In this document: in pieces, positions 29,767-38,509 of the stretch
Position numbering within the stretch: position 1 is the first letter of the stretch
Layout: every line of letters starts with the position of its first letter
NCBI GenBank assembly: GCA_964494105.1
Contig: CAZBQI010000004.1
Location: forward strand, 15,810-79,809
Length of the DNA stretch: 64,000 bases
Direction: 5' to 3'
Source of the DNA: an uncultured Candidatus Saccharibacteria bacterium
Lineage (GTDB): Bacteria > Patescibacteriota > Saccharimonadia > CAZBQI01
Notes under the pieces: model-generated
What the model saw: only the letters and a program-made list of their open reading frames with translations
What the model was told of the DNA's origin: nothing
The model's database searches: none
Program-made: the position numbers and the translations under genes

Positions 29767-30272
29767 TATTTTTTCCTTACTACAGTTATTAAATGTTTAC
29801 CAGTTTGTTGAGGAGACTGATCTACCGCTACATCATCGCCTAATTCTAAAACGATGCGATCTAATAAGTCTCTTCCTAGGTCTTGATGAGCCATTTCCCG
29901 TCCGCGAAAGAATACACTCATTTTAACCTTATTTCCGCTTTCTAAAAAGGCGCGGATTTTACGTTTCTTAACCTCAAGGTCATGTGTGCCGATTTTTAAA
30001 CCAAAGCGAACCTGTTTTAAGCCAATTGTCTTCTGCTTTTTTTTGGCTTTCTGTTGTTGCTTGGTTTTCTCGTAAAGAAACTTTCCCCAGTTTACGATTT
30101 TTGCCACTGGGGGAGAGGCATCGGGAGCAATTTCTACCAAATCTAAACCGGCCTCTTCGGCCATCTTTAGTGCGTCGGCAAGTTTGACAACTCCGGCCTG
30201 CTTGCCTTCGGCATCGATTAGTCTCAATTCAGAAGCACGTATCTCCTGATTAAGACGGACTCGTTGGTTTAT
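29766..30272 (-). CDS. infC: Translation initiation factor IF-3 (non-canonical ATA start)
   Basis: In-frame extension INQRVRLNQEIR; AAGGAG RBS before ATA 30272; GLDLVEI and FRGRE. Confidence 0.93.
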   Translation of the reverse strand: MNQRVRLNQEIRASELRLIDAEGKQAGVVKLADALKMAEEAGLDLVEIAPDASPPVAKIVNWGKFLYEKTKQQQKAKKKQKTIGLKQVRFGLKIGTHDLEVKKRKIRAFLESGNKVKMSVFFRGREMAHQDLGRDLLDRIVLELGDDVAVDQSPQQTGKHLITVVRKK

Positions 30273-30385
30273 ATGCTCTCCTTTATATCGGCCATCAGTT
30301 GTTGATGACTACGCTCACCACTGTATCAGAATCTTTCTACCCCTGTCAATCACAGATTCTTAGATTAATTAATTTCTTGTTTGCT

Positions 30386-31261
30386 TTATGATTTCGATTT
30401 GCCGGTGCTTTGGTTTTCTCGATTGGTTATTAGCTGTACTGAGTCTCGGGCAATGTGAATGGCAAATTTCGTTCCACCCAATCGCTGGCCGTCAATAATT
30501 GCTTCGACCGGGGATTTACATTCGATGGTTATGCTTTTACCGTGCAACTGACTTGCATTGGCGGTTTCCTGGCCTGCTTTGTTGAATAGGCGGGAGAGCA
30601 CCGATGGTTTTTCGGCCTTAGATTGTGGAATATAGAGGTGTACAATTAATTCATTAGCCAGAGCCGTATCGAGGAATTTCTGATTAGAAATTGTAATTTG
30701 GTTGGCTGTACCGCGCACCTTGTAGTTGCCATCTATGTCTAATAAGTAATCGAATGGTTTTTGCTTGGTAGGGCCGGAGGCTTTGTCTAAAAGGTTTTGC
30801 CAAACAGGAATTGGGTGGTTACTTACTTCCGGTTGCCAGGTACCCTCGCTGAGAAACGTGCAATCGTAGATGAAAGTTTTGTTGTTGACCTTCATCAATT
30901 GATAGGTTTGTAAGCGCCTAGTAGCTAATACATCGCAAGCGTGTTGCCAATCACCAATCCCCAGGTGGCGTGCCATTAAATTCTGCTTGCCGGTAGGAAT
31001 AATACCGACGGCTACATTGGGGTTTTTTGTTGCATGAACAGCTGTAATTACTTCATTTACTGTTTCATCTCCGCCAATGGCAACAATGGTCTTATAATTA
31101 TCCTCGATTGCTTGTTTGACTATTTTTGTGGCGTCGCCGGATCCTATGGTCTTGTTAAATTCACCATCGATGCCCAGCCCATGAAGATTCGCTTTTAGTT
31201 TTTCTTGAATTCCATCTATGGCACCATTGCCTGCGGCAGGGTTAACAATGTAGTAATACAT
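30386..31261 (-). CDS. Diacylglycerol kinase family protein (divergent)
   Basis: IVNPAAG, GGDETVNEV and IPTG..N. Confidence 0.8.
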   Translation of the reverse strand: MYYYIVNPAAGNGAIDGIQEKLKANLHGLGIDGEFNKTIGSGDATKIVKQAIEDNYKTIVAIGGDETVNEVITAVHATKNPNVAVGIIPTGKQNLMARHLGIGDWQHACDVLATRRLQTYQLMKVNNKTFIYDCTFLSEGTWQPEVSNHPIPVWQNLLDKASGPTKQKPFDYLLDIDGNYKVRGTANQITISNQKFLDTALANELIVHLYIPQSKAEKPSVLSRLFNKAGQETANASQLHGKSITIECKSPVEAIIDGQRLGGTKFAIHIARDSVQLITNRENQSTGKSKS

Positions 31262-31266
31262 AAGGC

Positions 31267-31653
31267 TTACTCCGACTTTGCGCTTTCACTTGACTCCTCG
31301 GGCGGAGGTGCTGGCATTTTTACCTGACCGATGATCATTCCACCATCCTCTACGGCCAAACCGGCCGTATCGACGTCTCCAAGTACTCTGCCACCGGCTA
31401 ATATTATCAGCTTTTCACCGGCTTTTATGTTGCCTCGAATAATACCCCCAACCATAATAATCGAACCAGTAACATTGCCATTGATCCTGCCATTTGCCCC
31501 CAAGCTAACTTCGCCCTTGGTATTAACACTGCCTTCAACAATCCCATCAAGCCAGATGTTGGCTTCGACGGATATATTGCCACGCACTCTAACGCCATCA
31601 GTAATGACTGTTTCTTTAATGTCTACCTGGTCTGCTTTGTTGTGAAATTTCAT
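31267..31653 (-). CDS. Bactofilin / polymer-forming cytoskeletal protein
   Basis: Repeating beta-helix pattern V.G.I...I..DG.VEG. Confidence 0.85.
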   Translation of the reverse strand: MKFHNKADQVDIKETVITDGVRVRGNISVEANIWLDGIVEGSVNTKGEVSLGANGRINGNVTGSIIMVGGIIRGNIKAGEKLIILAGGRVLGDVDTAGLAVEDGGMIIGQVKMPAPPPEESSESAKSE

Positions 31654-32144
31654 TTCTTTGTATCCTCCATTGGTTGTCGGGCTTTATTTAGTGCCTGAAT
31701 TTCTTCTTTTGATAAATTATGCTCACTATTGCCATAGTTTATTGCCTTGACGTACACCCTAGTGCCATCGCGACTATGAATACTTGTAATTAAGAAGCCC
31801 GAATCGCTGTTATCAAGCAATGCGAGCACAAAACTCTGATCTCCACCGGTGTTGCGAAATGGGTTGAATCTTACAACTGCTGTTTTTTGAATCGACTTCG
31901 AGCCAATAGCTGCTAGGTGCTTGTAACTTGTTTCGATGTTGTCTAGTTTTTTCTCTGTTAATCCGAGTTTATCGAAGTAAGTTATGATGGTCTCGGCTAG
32001 ATTTTGTTTGCTATCTAAATTGGCAAAAGCAGCTTCAAATCGACGAGCTAGCTTAGTTGTGAGGTTAAATAAGTATATCCAGGCAACGCCAAGCAAAATA
32101 ACAGCCACAATTAGAATAATTACAATCCCATCCATTACATCCAT
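31650..32144 (-). CDS. DUF4446 family protein
   Basis: N-terminal TM; VRFNPF..TGGDQSF.LALLD; RVYVK. Confidence 0.8.
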   Translation of the reverse strand: MDVMDGIVIILIVAVILLGVAWIYLFNLTTKLARRFEAAFANLDSKQNLAETIITYFDKLGLTEKKLDNIETSYKHLAAIGSKSIQKTAVVRFNPFRNTGGDQSFVLALLDNSDSGFLITSIHSRDGTRVYVKAINYGNSEHNLSKEEIQALNKARQPMEDTKK

Positions 32145-32221
32145 ATTACTAAAACGCCGGGACGATTAATACCAGGCAAGCAAGGTTTTATGCATGCGCC
32201 TGACCCTGCTAGTATAGAGTT

Positions 32222-32497
32222 ATGCCCAGAAAGCGAAAAACTAAATCTCAAAAAGTGAAAATGCTATCACGTCGCGATGCTTTGCCTAAATCGATCAACA
32301 AATCCAAGTCAACGCATGTCACTATAGAGAAAGATGTGGTGACGGCAAGCAGTAACACGAAACATCGGACAAACCGAGACGATCTGGTTCGAAGCCTCAA
32401 AATAGTCGGTGCGTTAATCGTAGCCCAACTGATGATATGGGCCATATTACACTTCACGCATTTAGATAATCGGATTTATGAGCTTATTAACGTATAG
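32222..32497 (+). CDS. Hypothetical protein (basic N-terminus, C-terminal TM)
   Basis: ORF with TAGTAT 6 nt before ATG. Confidence 0.6.
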   Translation: MPRKRKTKSQKVKMLSRRDALPKSINKSKSTHVTIEKDVVTASSNTKHRTNRDDLVRSLKIVGALIVAQLMIWAILHFTHLDNRIYELINV

Positions 32498-34004
32498 GTT
32501 GTGACGGTTTTGAACGATACTGAAGCGCCTCGCTTAAATGAGTAGGCTTCAACTCTGTGCTGTTTTCTAGATCTGCGATTGTCCGAGCTACTTTCAGGGT
32601 GCGCATGAATGCCCTGGCCGATAAGTCTAAGGCCGTCATTGCTTGAGAAGCCAGTTGTTTAGTTGGATTGTCTAGCTGAATGTATTTCTTAATTTCACTA
32701 TTATTCATATCCGCGTTAGTACGGCTGTTATTGCTAAAACGTTGTATTTGTAAACGGCGCGCAGATGAAACTCTGTTACGTACATGGTCGGTTTGCTTAC
32801 TGGTTGATTGACGAAGTAGTTTTTCATGCTCGACTCGCTTAACGTTTACAACCAGGTCGATTCGATCCAATAGAGGGCCGGAAATTTTTTTTCCGTAGCG
32901 GGCAATTTGTGCGGGGCTACAGCTACAATCACGAATTGGGTCGCCATAATACCCGCAAGGACATGGATTCTGAGTGGCAATTAGAATAAAGCTAGCGGGG
33001 TATGTCACGCTACGGGAGGCGCGACTAACCGTTACGTGACGATCTTCAAGTGGCTGGCGCAAAACTTCAAGCACGCTACGTTTAAATTCTGGAAGCTCGT
33101 CAAGAAATAAAACCCCATTATTTGACAAGCTAATTTCACCGGGACGAGGATTCTGACCACCACCAATTAGCGATACGTCACTGGCCGTGTGGTGAGGCGA
33201 ACGGAATGGGCGAGTAGTTATTATTTTCCCGTCAGTGTATCCCGCCAGACTGTGAATTTTTGTGATTTCAATTATTTCATCCATACTTGGTTCCGGCAAA
33301 ATCGATACCAGCGCTCGCCCTAGCATTGTTTTACCAGCACCTGGCGGACCGGTAAACAGAATGTTATGACCACCAGCCGCAGCTATTTCAAGCGCGCGCT
33401 TTGCTTGTTCTTGGCCATATATGTTTTCGAAGTTATTCTCAGTGTCTTGCTGGTTTATCAAGATTTTTGTTTGTGGCTGGCTATTTATTGGCGCCTCGCC
33501 AATGAGATGTCGGTACAAACCGGAAAGTGTGGTAATTGGCACAACTTTAATCCCGTCGATTAATGCTGCTTCTTCGGCATTTGCGGCTGGCACATATATT
33601 TCCTCTACATTTTCATACTTTGCCAGCTGGGCATAGCTCAGGACGCCGGGCACAGAGCGAATTGCTCCGTCAAGTGCCAGTTCGCCAATAAATAGCTTAC
33701 CCGTCAACGATTTAGCGTCGATTTGGGAACTCGCTGCTAATATGGCGATAGCCATACCAACATCATAGGCAGTACCGTCTTTTGGTATATCGGCAGGTGC
33801 TAAGTTAAGGGTAATACGCTTCTGCGGGGTCTTTAGATAAGAATTTTTAATTGCACCTCTGACCCTTTCTTTCGCTTCATCAATTGCCTTGTTGGCCAAA
33901 CCTACGATTATAAGTGAGGGGAGTCCATTTGTAATATCACATTCAATTTCAATAATACGACTGTCAAAGCCCGTGTGTGCAGCTGCTAGTACTTTAGCCA
34001 GCAT
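32487..34004 (-). CDS. comM: YifB/ComM Mg-chelatase-like AAA+ ATPase
   Basis: NLAPADIPK, GPPGAGKT, RPFRSPHHTAS, FLDELPEF and NPCPCG. Confidence 0.92.
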   Translation of the reverse strand: MLAKVLAAAHTGFDSRIIEIECDITNGLPSLIIVGLANKAIDEAKERVRGAIKNSYLKTPQKRITLNLAPADIPKDGTAYDVGMAIAILAASSQIDAKSLTGKLFIGELALDGAIRSVPGVLSYAQLAKYENVEEIYVPAANAEEAALIDGIKVVPITTLSGLYRHLIGEAPINSQPQTKILINQQDTENNFENIYGQEQAKRALEIAAAGGHNILFTGPPGAGKTMLGRALVSILPEPSMDEIIEITKIHSLAGYTDGKIITTRPFRSPHHTASDVSLIGGGQNPRPGEISLSNNGVLFLDELPEFKRSVLEVLRQPLEDRHVTVSRASRSVTYPASFILIATQNPCPCGYYGDPIRDCSCSPAQIARYGKKISGPLLDRIDLVVNVKRVEHEKLLRQSTSKQTDHVRNRVSSARRLQIQRFSNNSRTNADMNNSEIKKYIQLDNPTKQLASQAMTALDLSARAFMRTLKVARTIADLENSTELKPTHLSEALQYRSKPSQPIR

Positions 34005-34956
34005 GACGGTCAAGGTAGCTTCGATACCAGCTAGCTGCTCGTTCTGGCGAAACAGGGTTAATTACAAGTGAGCCCTTTGTGCTAAGCTCAAAACCTGCCC
34101 AGATATTGGGACGCGGGGTTATCTGAATCATGAAATGGTTTGCGCGCGAATCGATCTTTTCATGGAGAAAGAAATTAAAACTTAGGTTCTTGCTTCCAAT
34201 AGCCCCGGTTATGCCCTTAAGTAGGACGGCGAAATCATGTATCTCATTGGCCGTAGCATCGGTAATTGAGCTGAAATAGCGATTTGGTATTAGCCAAACC
34301 TCTAGTGGCCTTTGGGAGGCGTAAGGGGCCAGTGCGGTGACGTACCAATTAGCTTGAATAATTCTTAGTTGTTGTTCACGTTCCCACTCTAGGGCTGCGC
34401 CCAGGGGAGATGCGCCGAATTGTTGTTTTAGCTTTGTAAATACTTTTTCTTCATTTTCAATACCGGGCGGAATAATCTGTGTTGCGATAATCTGGGAATG
34501 TGTATGGGCCATGCTGGCGCCAGCTTCAATCCCGTGATTTTTAAAAATACTGACGTAGTTTACCTTAGGATCTCGGCGTAGCTCGAGAGCTCGGTTTTGG
34601 TAGGCATTAAGTACGAGCTCTATTTGCTTTATGGGCAGATCATAAAAAGGCGTTCCTTCGTGACTAGTTTCCAGTACAATTTCTTGATGCCCATAGGCCT
34701 GTCTGGAAGCAGTTGATAACGCCGGGTATTTATTCTTTACGACTTTTACTAGCCAATCTCCATTGCGATCTTTTATCTCGAATAGGCTTTTTTCGTTCTC
34801 GATTGGTAAGTTTTTTTGTTTTACGCTAACAGCGTCTTGGCCAGAAGATTTGCGTACAGTAAAGGGCCGATTTTCTCGTTTAGGTGCAATTACTACGTAC
34901 TCATCAAGATAGTAGTGTTTGCGTACCTGAGACCTAGAATAAGGGTTTTTTGCCAT
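33994..34956 (-). CDS. Galactose-1-phosphate uridylyltransferase-like (HIT/GalT)
   Basis: NKYPAL, FKNHG.EAGASMAHTHSQI and INPVSPE. Confidence 0.8.
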   Translation of the reverse strand: MAKNPYSRSQVRKHYYLDEYVVIAPKRENRPFTVRKSSGQDAVSVKQKNLPIENEKSLFEIKDRNGDWLVKVVKNKYPALSTASRQAYGHQEIVLETSHEGTPFYDLPIKQIELVLNAYQNRALELRRDPKVNYVSIFKNHGIEAGASMAHTHSQIIATQIIPPGIENEEKVFTKLKQQFGASPLGAALEWEREQQLRIIQANWYVTALAPYASQRPLEVWLIPNRYFSSITDATANEIHDFAVLLKGITGAIGSKNLSFNFFLHEKIDSRANHFMIQITPRPNIWAGFELSTKGSLVINPVSPERAASWYRSYLDRHAG

Positions 34957-35118
34957 GATATTTTGTTATAACGTTTGTGCTTATTGTACCCCGTAGTGCG
35001 CGAGCGAGGCAATTTTATAAACTACAATGCAATTCTGACTTGCTACTACGGGATTGTGACATTCACTGACATTTGATGTCTTGATTTTTCTACCTAACAG
35101 GGGTAGAATAATGCATAT

Positions 35119-35523
35119 GGGGCTGCCATAGCTTCGACGTGAGAACCTTTACAACTTATCTTGCAGGCCGTTCTGACCTTGGCGTTACCGGGGTCAAACA
35201 CTATAGATGCAAAAACATCTGTTTTTAGTCAGGCTCGTGAGTTTGTAGCTAGTCTATTTACTCCGAAAATGACGCCAGCTTTCGCTAGTTTAGCTTAAGC
35301 CGTTCAACTTCTTGATGCCGAATAGAGAAGACGAACGCCAATTATTCGGCTGGACGGAATAACCCGCTTCGCTAATCCGTCGAGATTTTACAGAAGCTAG
35401 CCATTTACATTTTTTGGTCCGTTTTAATGTGTAATTGGCGAATCAACAACTAAGCGGTCTAAGCCTGTAGATGGATAAGATGTGAACTTGCGGACGCGGG
35501 TGCAATACCCGCCAGCTCCACCA
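35119..35523 (+). ncRNA. ssrA: tmRNA, tag (A)AKTSVFSQAREFVASLFTPKMTPAFASLA
   Basis: GGGGCTG/CAGCTCC-ACCA acceptor with G3-U pair; TTCGAC; resume codon GCA 35209 after ATAGAT; promoter TTGATT-17-TAGAAT. Confidence 0.92.
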
Positions 35524-35531
35524 TTAAAAGC

Positions 35532-35556
35532 GCTCAACTTTTTGTTGAGCTTTTTT
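35532..35556 (+). terminator. Intrinsic terminator of ssrA
   Basis: GCTCAAC/GTTGAGC followed by TTTTTT. Confidence 0.75.
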
Positions 35557-35568
35557 AATTTATGAATC

Positions 35569-35764
35569 GGTATTGCACCCGAGAGGGCAGAAACTGCCAG
35601 TGGCAGTTTCTGTTATCCTTGCTTGGTCGAGCGACATGAGCGAAGAGAATCAGGAGCGAGCATTAAATGTAACGATACCCGCCAACTCCACCATTCTACT
35701 TCGCTAAAGCTTCATAGAATTTAGCAAAGCAGAATGCCCTCCATAGCCTTTTGGCGACGTAGGG
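35569..35764 (+). repeat. Inverted and direct partial copies of the tmRNA 3' end interleaved with hairpins
   Basis: GGTATTGCACCCG is the reverse complement of the T-arm; ATACCCGCCAACTCCACCATT is a direct copy with 1 mismatch. Confidence 0.75.
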
Positions 35765-35794
35765 ATTCTTCGTTTGATTTGGTATTATCAACTG

Positions 35795-36466
35795 ATGAAG
35801 ACAATTCTAATTACAGGTGCAAGTGACGGAATCGGTAGAAGTATAGCAATAAAGTTAGCTAAAGAAGGACACAAACTGATTCTTTGCGGGCGAGAGAAAC
35901 AAAAGCTACTGGCAGTAGCTAAAGAGTGCAATACACAGTCAAAAATACTAACCTTTGATATAAACGACGCTGGCAAGAGGAAAGAAGCAGTCTCTAAAAT
36001 TAGCGAACTTGATGTACTTATAAATAATGCTGGGATTTGGCATAAGGTTGGAGAGCTTGAAGCAATTGATGATAAAACGATTGAAGAGGTTATTAATACA
36101 AACTTGACCTCGCAGATATTACTCACGAAGGCTTTGCTACCGTTACTAAAAGATAAAGAAGGCTCGGCAGTCATAAACGTAATTTCAAAATCCGGTATTA
36201 CTGCTCAAGAGGGCCAATCTGTATATTCTGCAAGCAAGTGGGGTATGCGTGGTTTCACCGATGTTTTGAGGAATGACACCAAAGATAATGCTGTTCGAAT
36301 CGGATCTGTGTTTCAGTCTGGTACAAACACGAAGTTATTTGAGAAAGCAGGTGATGATTTTCCGGTTGAAACATTCACTGAGCCCGATGACCTAGCAGAT
36401 GTAGTTGTGTTTATGTTAAGTCGTCCTAGGAAGCTTTGGATTAACGAAGTTAGGGTTGATAAATAG
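35795..36466 (+). CDS. SDR family oxidoreductase
   Basis: TGASDGIG, NNAG and YSASK. Confidence 0.9.
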   Translation: MKTILITGASDGIGRSIAIKLAKEGHKLILCGREKQKLLAVAKECNTQSKILTFDINDAGKRKEAVSKISELDVLINNAGIWHKVGELEAIDDKTIEEVINTNLTSQILLTKALLPLLKDKEGSAVINVISKSGITAQEGQSVYSASKWGMRGFTDVLRNDTKDNAVRIGSVFQSGTNTKLFEKAGDDFPVETFTEPDDLADVVVFMLSRPRKLWINEVRVDK

Positions 36467-36577
36467 GCTTAATCAACCCCGAGGGTGTCAGTTAAGAGCT
36501 ATTGATTTTTTATACTACTTATGCTAATGTATGTTTATTGAGTAATTCAATAAAACAAAAAATAACAGAGGAAAAAT

Positions 36578-36838
36578 ATGGATAATATGCATGTTCAACC
36601 ACCTAGTCATCAAACGCGCTCGACGCAACCGGCATCAAGCCCCGCTCCTGACCCAATTGCCACCACAACCCAGTCTGATCAGGCTAATCAGGCTGTAAAT
36701 CTGAACGCAACAATCAGTGATGGTATTGCTATGACACCGGAAAACGTTGCTGCCGCTGTAATTAATGCTCAAAATGACCCTTCGAAGCCCCACTTTGAAA
36801 AGGGCGAACTTATTGCTCCTGATGACAAGCTTATGTAG
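36578..36838 (+). CDS. Hypothetical low-complexity protein
   Basis: GAGGA RBS; upstream promoter TTGATT-17-TAATGT. Confidence 0.6.
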   Translation: MDNMHVQPPSHQTRSTQPASSPAPDPIATTTQSDQANQAVNLNATISDGIAMTPENVAAAVINAQNDPSKPHFEKGELIAPDDKLM

Positions 36839-36874
36839 TTGAGCTACTGAGATCCGCCTTTAGAAAAGGAAGTG

Positions 36875-38449
36875 TTACTCTTCGAGCACGCGATATACTT
36901 CTTGGAGGGAAGTAATTCCCTTAATGACTTTCAGTACTGCTTCTTGAAAAATCGTAACCATACCTTCGCTAACAGCTAGTTCATGAATCCTTTCGGTAGT
37001 AGTTTCCGCGGTTCCACCGCCAATAAATTTCTCCATAGCTTGAGTCATAAGCAATTGTTCGGCAACCATGGTGCGTCCTTTGTAGCCGATATCGTTGCAA
37101 GTTTTACAACCTTTAGCTCTGTAAAGTTCAATATCTGTAACATTTATTTGTTCATCTTTTGCTAAGTTGGCCAGAGTCGTTTGTATTTTCTGAACCTCTT
37201 CGGTCGTTGGTTTATAAGCCTCTTTGCAGGTTTCGCACAGCTTGCGTAGCAGACGTTGCGCCATAATTAAGCGTACCGACGAGGCCAATAGTGGATTCTG
37301 TCCAATCATATCCATCATTCGGCTAACAGCGGCGGCGGCTGATGAGGCATGGAAAGTCGAAAGCACCAGGTGGCCGGTAAGCGCCGCCTGCAAGGCTGTT
37401 TTCGCAGTATCCGCATCACGAATTTCTCCAAGCATTATGATGTCAGGGTCTTCGCGTAATACGCTTCTAAATTTATCAGCAAAAGACTCGCCGTCAATTG
37501 AATAGACAGGTATCTGGGCGACCCCCTTTAGCTCGTATTCGACCGGATCTTCAAGCGTAATAATCTTTACATCAGGACCGTTTAGGCGGTTTAGGATGGC
37601 GTATTGTGTAGAAGTTTTGCCTGAACCAGTTGGACCAACCATCAGCACCATGCCATGCGGGTGAGTAATGAGATCAATAATCACCTCAGACTGTTTCTTG
37701 GATAATCCGGCTTGATCTAAATTCAAATACTGAACGTCCAGGTTGAAAATTCTGACTACAATATCGGTACCGTGAAGTGTTGGTATTGTCTCTAGTCGCA
37801 TATCTACTTTTTCCAGTTTGCCGTCTTTTCCTTCGAGGACCTCCGAAATACGACCAGTTTGAGCGTAGCCGGCGTTCCATTTGATCCCGCCTCGCGTTTG
37901 TATATCTGTAAGTAGGACTTGGTATTTATCGTAATCGATTGTTGTTATTGGCTGAAGGACGCCATCAATTCGATAACGAATCACAACGTTCATATCGCCG
38001 GGTTCGATATGAATATCTGAAGCAGCGTGGCTAAAGGCTTGTTGAGCCATCGTTGCAAACAAGTCTTTTTGAGCAGCAGTTGCGATTTGGTCTTGTTCGG
38101 ATAAACGTTTGAAAGCAAATGGATCTTCAGGGTGAGTGCGCTCGAAAAATTCCTCGTAAAGCAGTTGGTAGCCACTCTCGGAAATTAACACGGTCTTTAT
38201 ATTGACTTGTGGCAGTGTCTCTTTTAGCTTGTCTAACGAAGAGCGCTTGGTGTTTTGGGTGAAACCAAAAGTCATGCTGATAGGATCATGAAGAAGGGGT
38301 ATGACGTGCAGTTTATCGAGCAGAGTTGAGTCGATTTGCACGCCCCCGTAATCGGGATGGGCGTTGCGAGTATCGAGATATCCGCACTTTAATATCTTTG
38401 CCCTGGTTGATGTTCTTTGTTCTTCTTTTTCGCGAACTCTAGGATCCAT
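36875..38449 (-). CDS. GspE/PilB-family type IV pilus/secretion ATPase
   Basis: ASDIHIEP, GPTGSGKT, LEDPVEY, GEIRD, GHLVLST and CxxC...CxxC. Confidence 0.9.
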   Translation of the reverse strand: MDPRVREKEEQRTSTRAKILKCGYLDTRNAHPDYGGVQIDSTLLDKLHVIPLLHDPISMTFGFTQNTKRSSLDKLKETLPQVNIKTVLISESGYQLLYEEFFERTHPEDPFAFKRLSEQDQIATAAQKDLFATMAQQAFSHAASDIHIEPGDMNVVIRYRIDGVLQPITTIDYDKYQVLLTDIQTRGGIKWNAGYAQTGRISEVLEGKDGKLEKVDMRLETIPTLHGTDIVVRIFNLDVQYLNLDQAGLSKKQSEVIIDLITHPHGMVLMVGPTGSGKTSTQYAILNRLNGPDVKIITLEDPVEYELKGVAQIPVYSIDGESFADKFRSVLREDPDIIMLGEIRDADTAKTALQAALTGHLVLSTFHASSAAAAVSRMMDMIGQNPLLASSVRLIMAQRLLRKLCETCKEAYKPTTEEVQKIQTTLANLAKDEQINVTDIELYRAKGCKTCNDIGYKGRTMVAEQLLMTQAMEKFIGGGTAETTTERIHELAVSEGMVTIFQEAVLKVIKGITSLQEVYRVLEE

Positions 38450-38509
38450 ATTTTAACTATAGCTTATGGTTATCGACTTGGGCTAGTAACAAAGTGCTAT
38501 TATTAGAAA

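Noticed and set aside
38450-38509. glmS ribozyme
   Set aside because: Only 60 bp of intergenic DNA are available, and they are occupied by divergent promoters.
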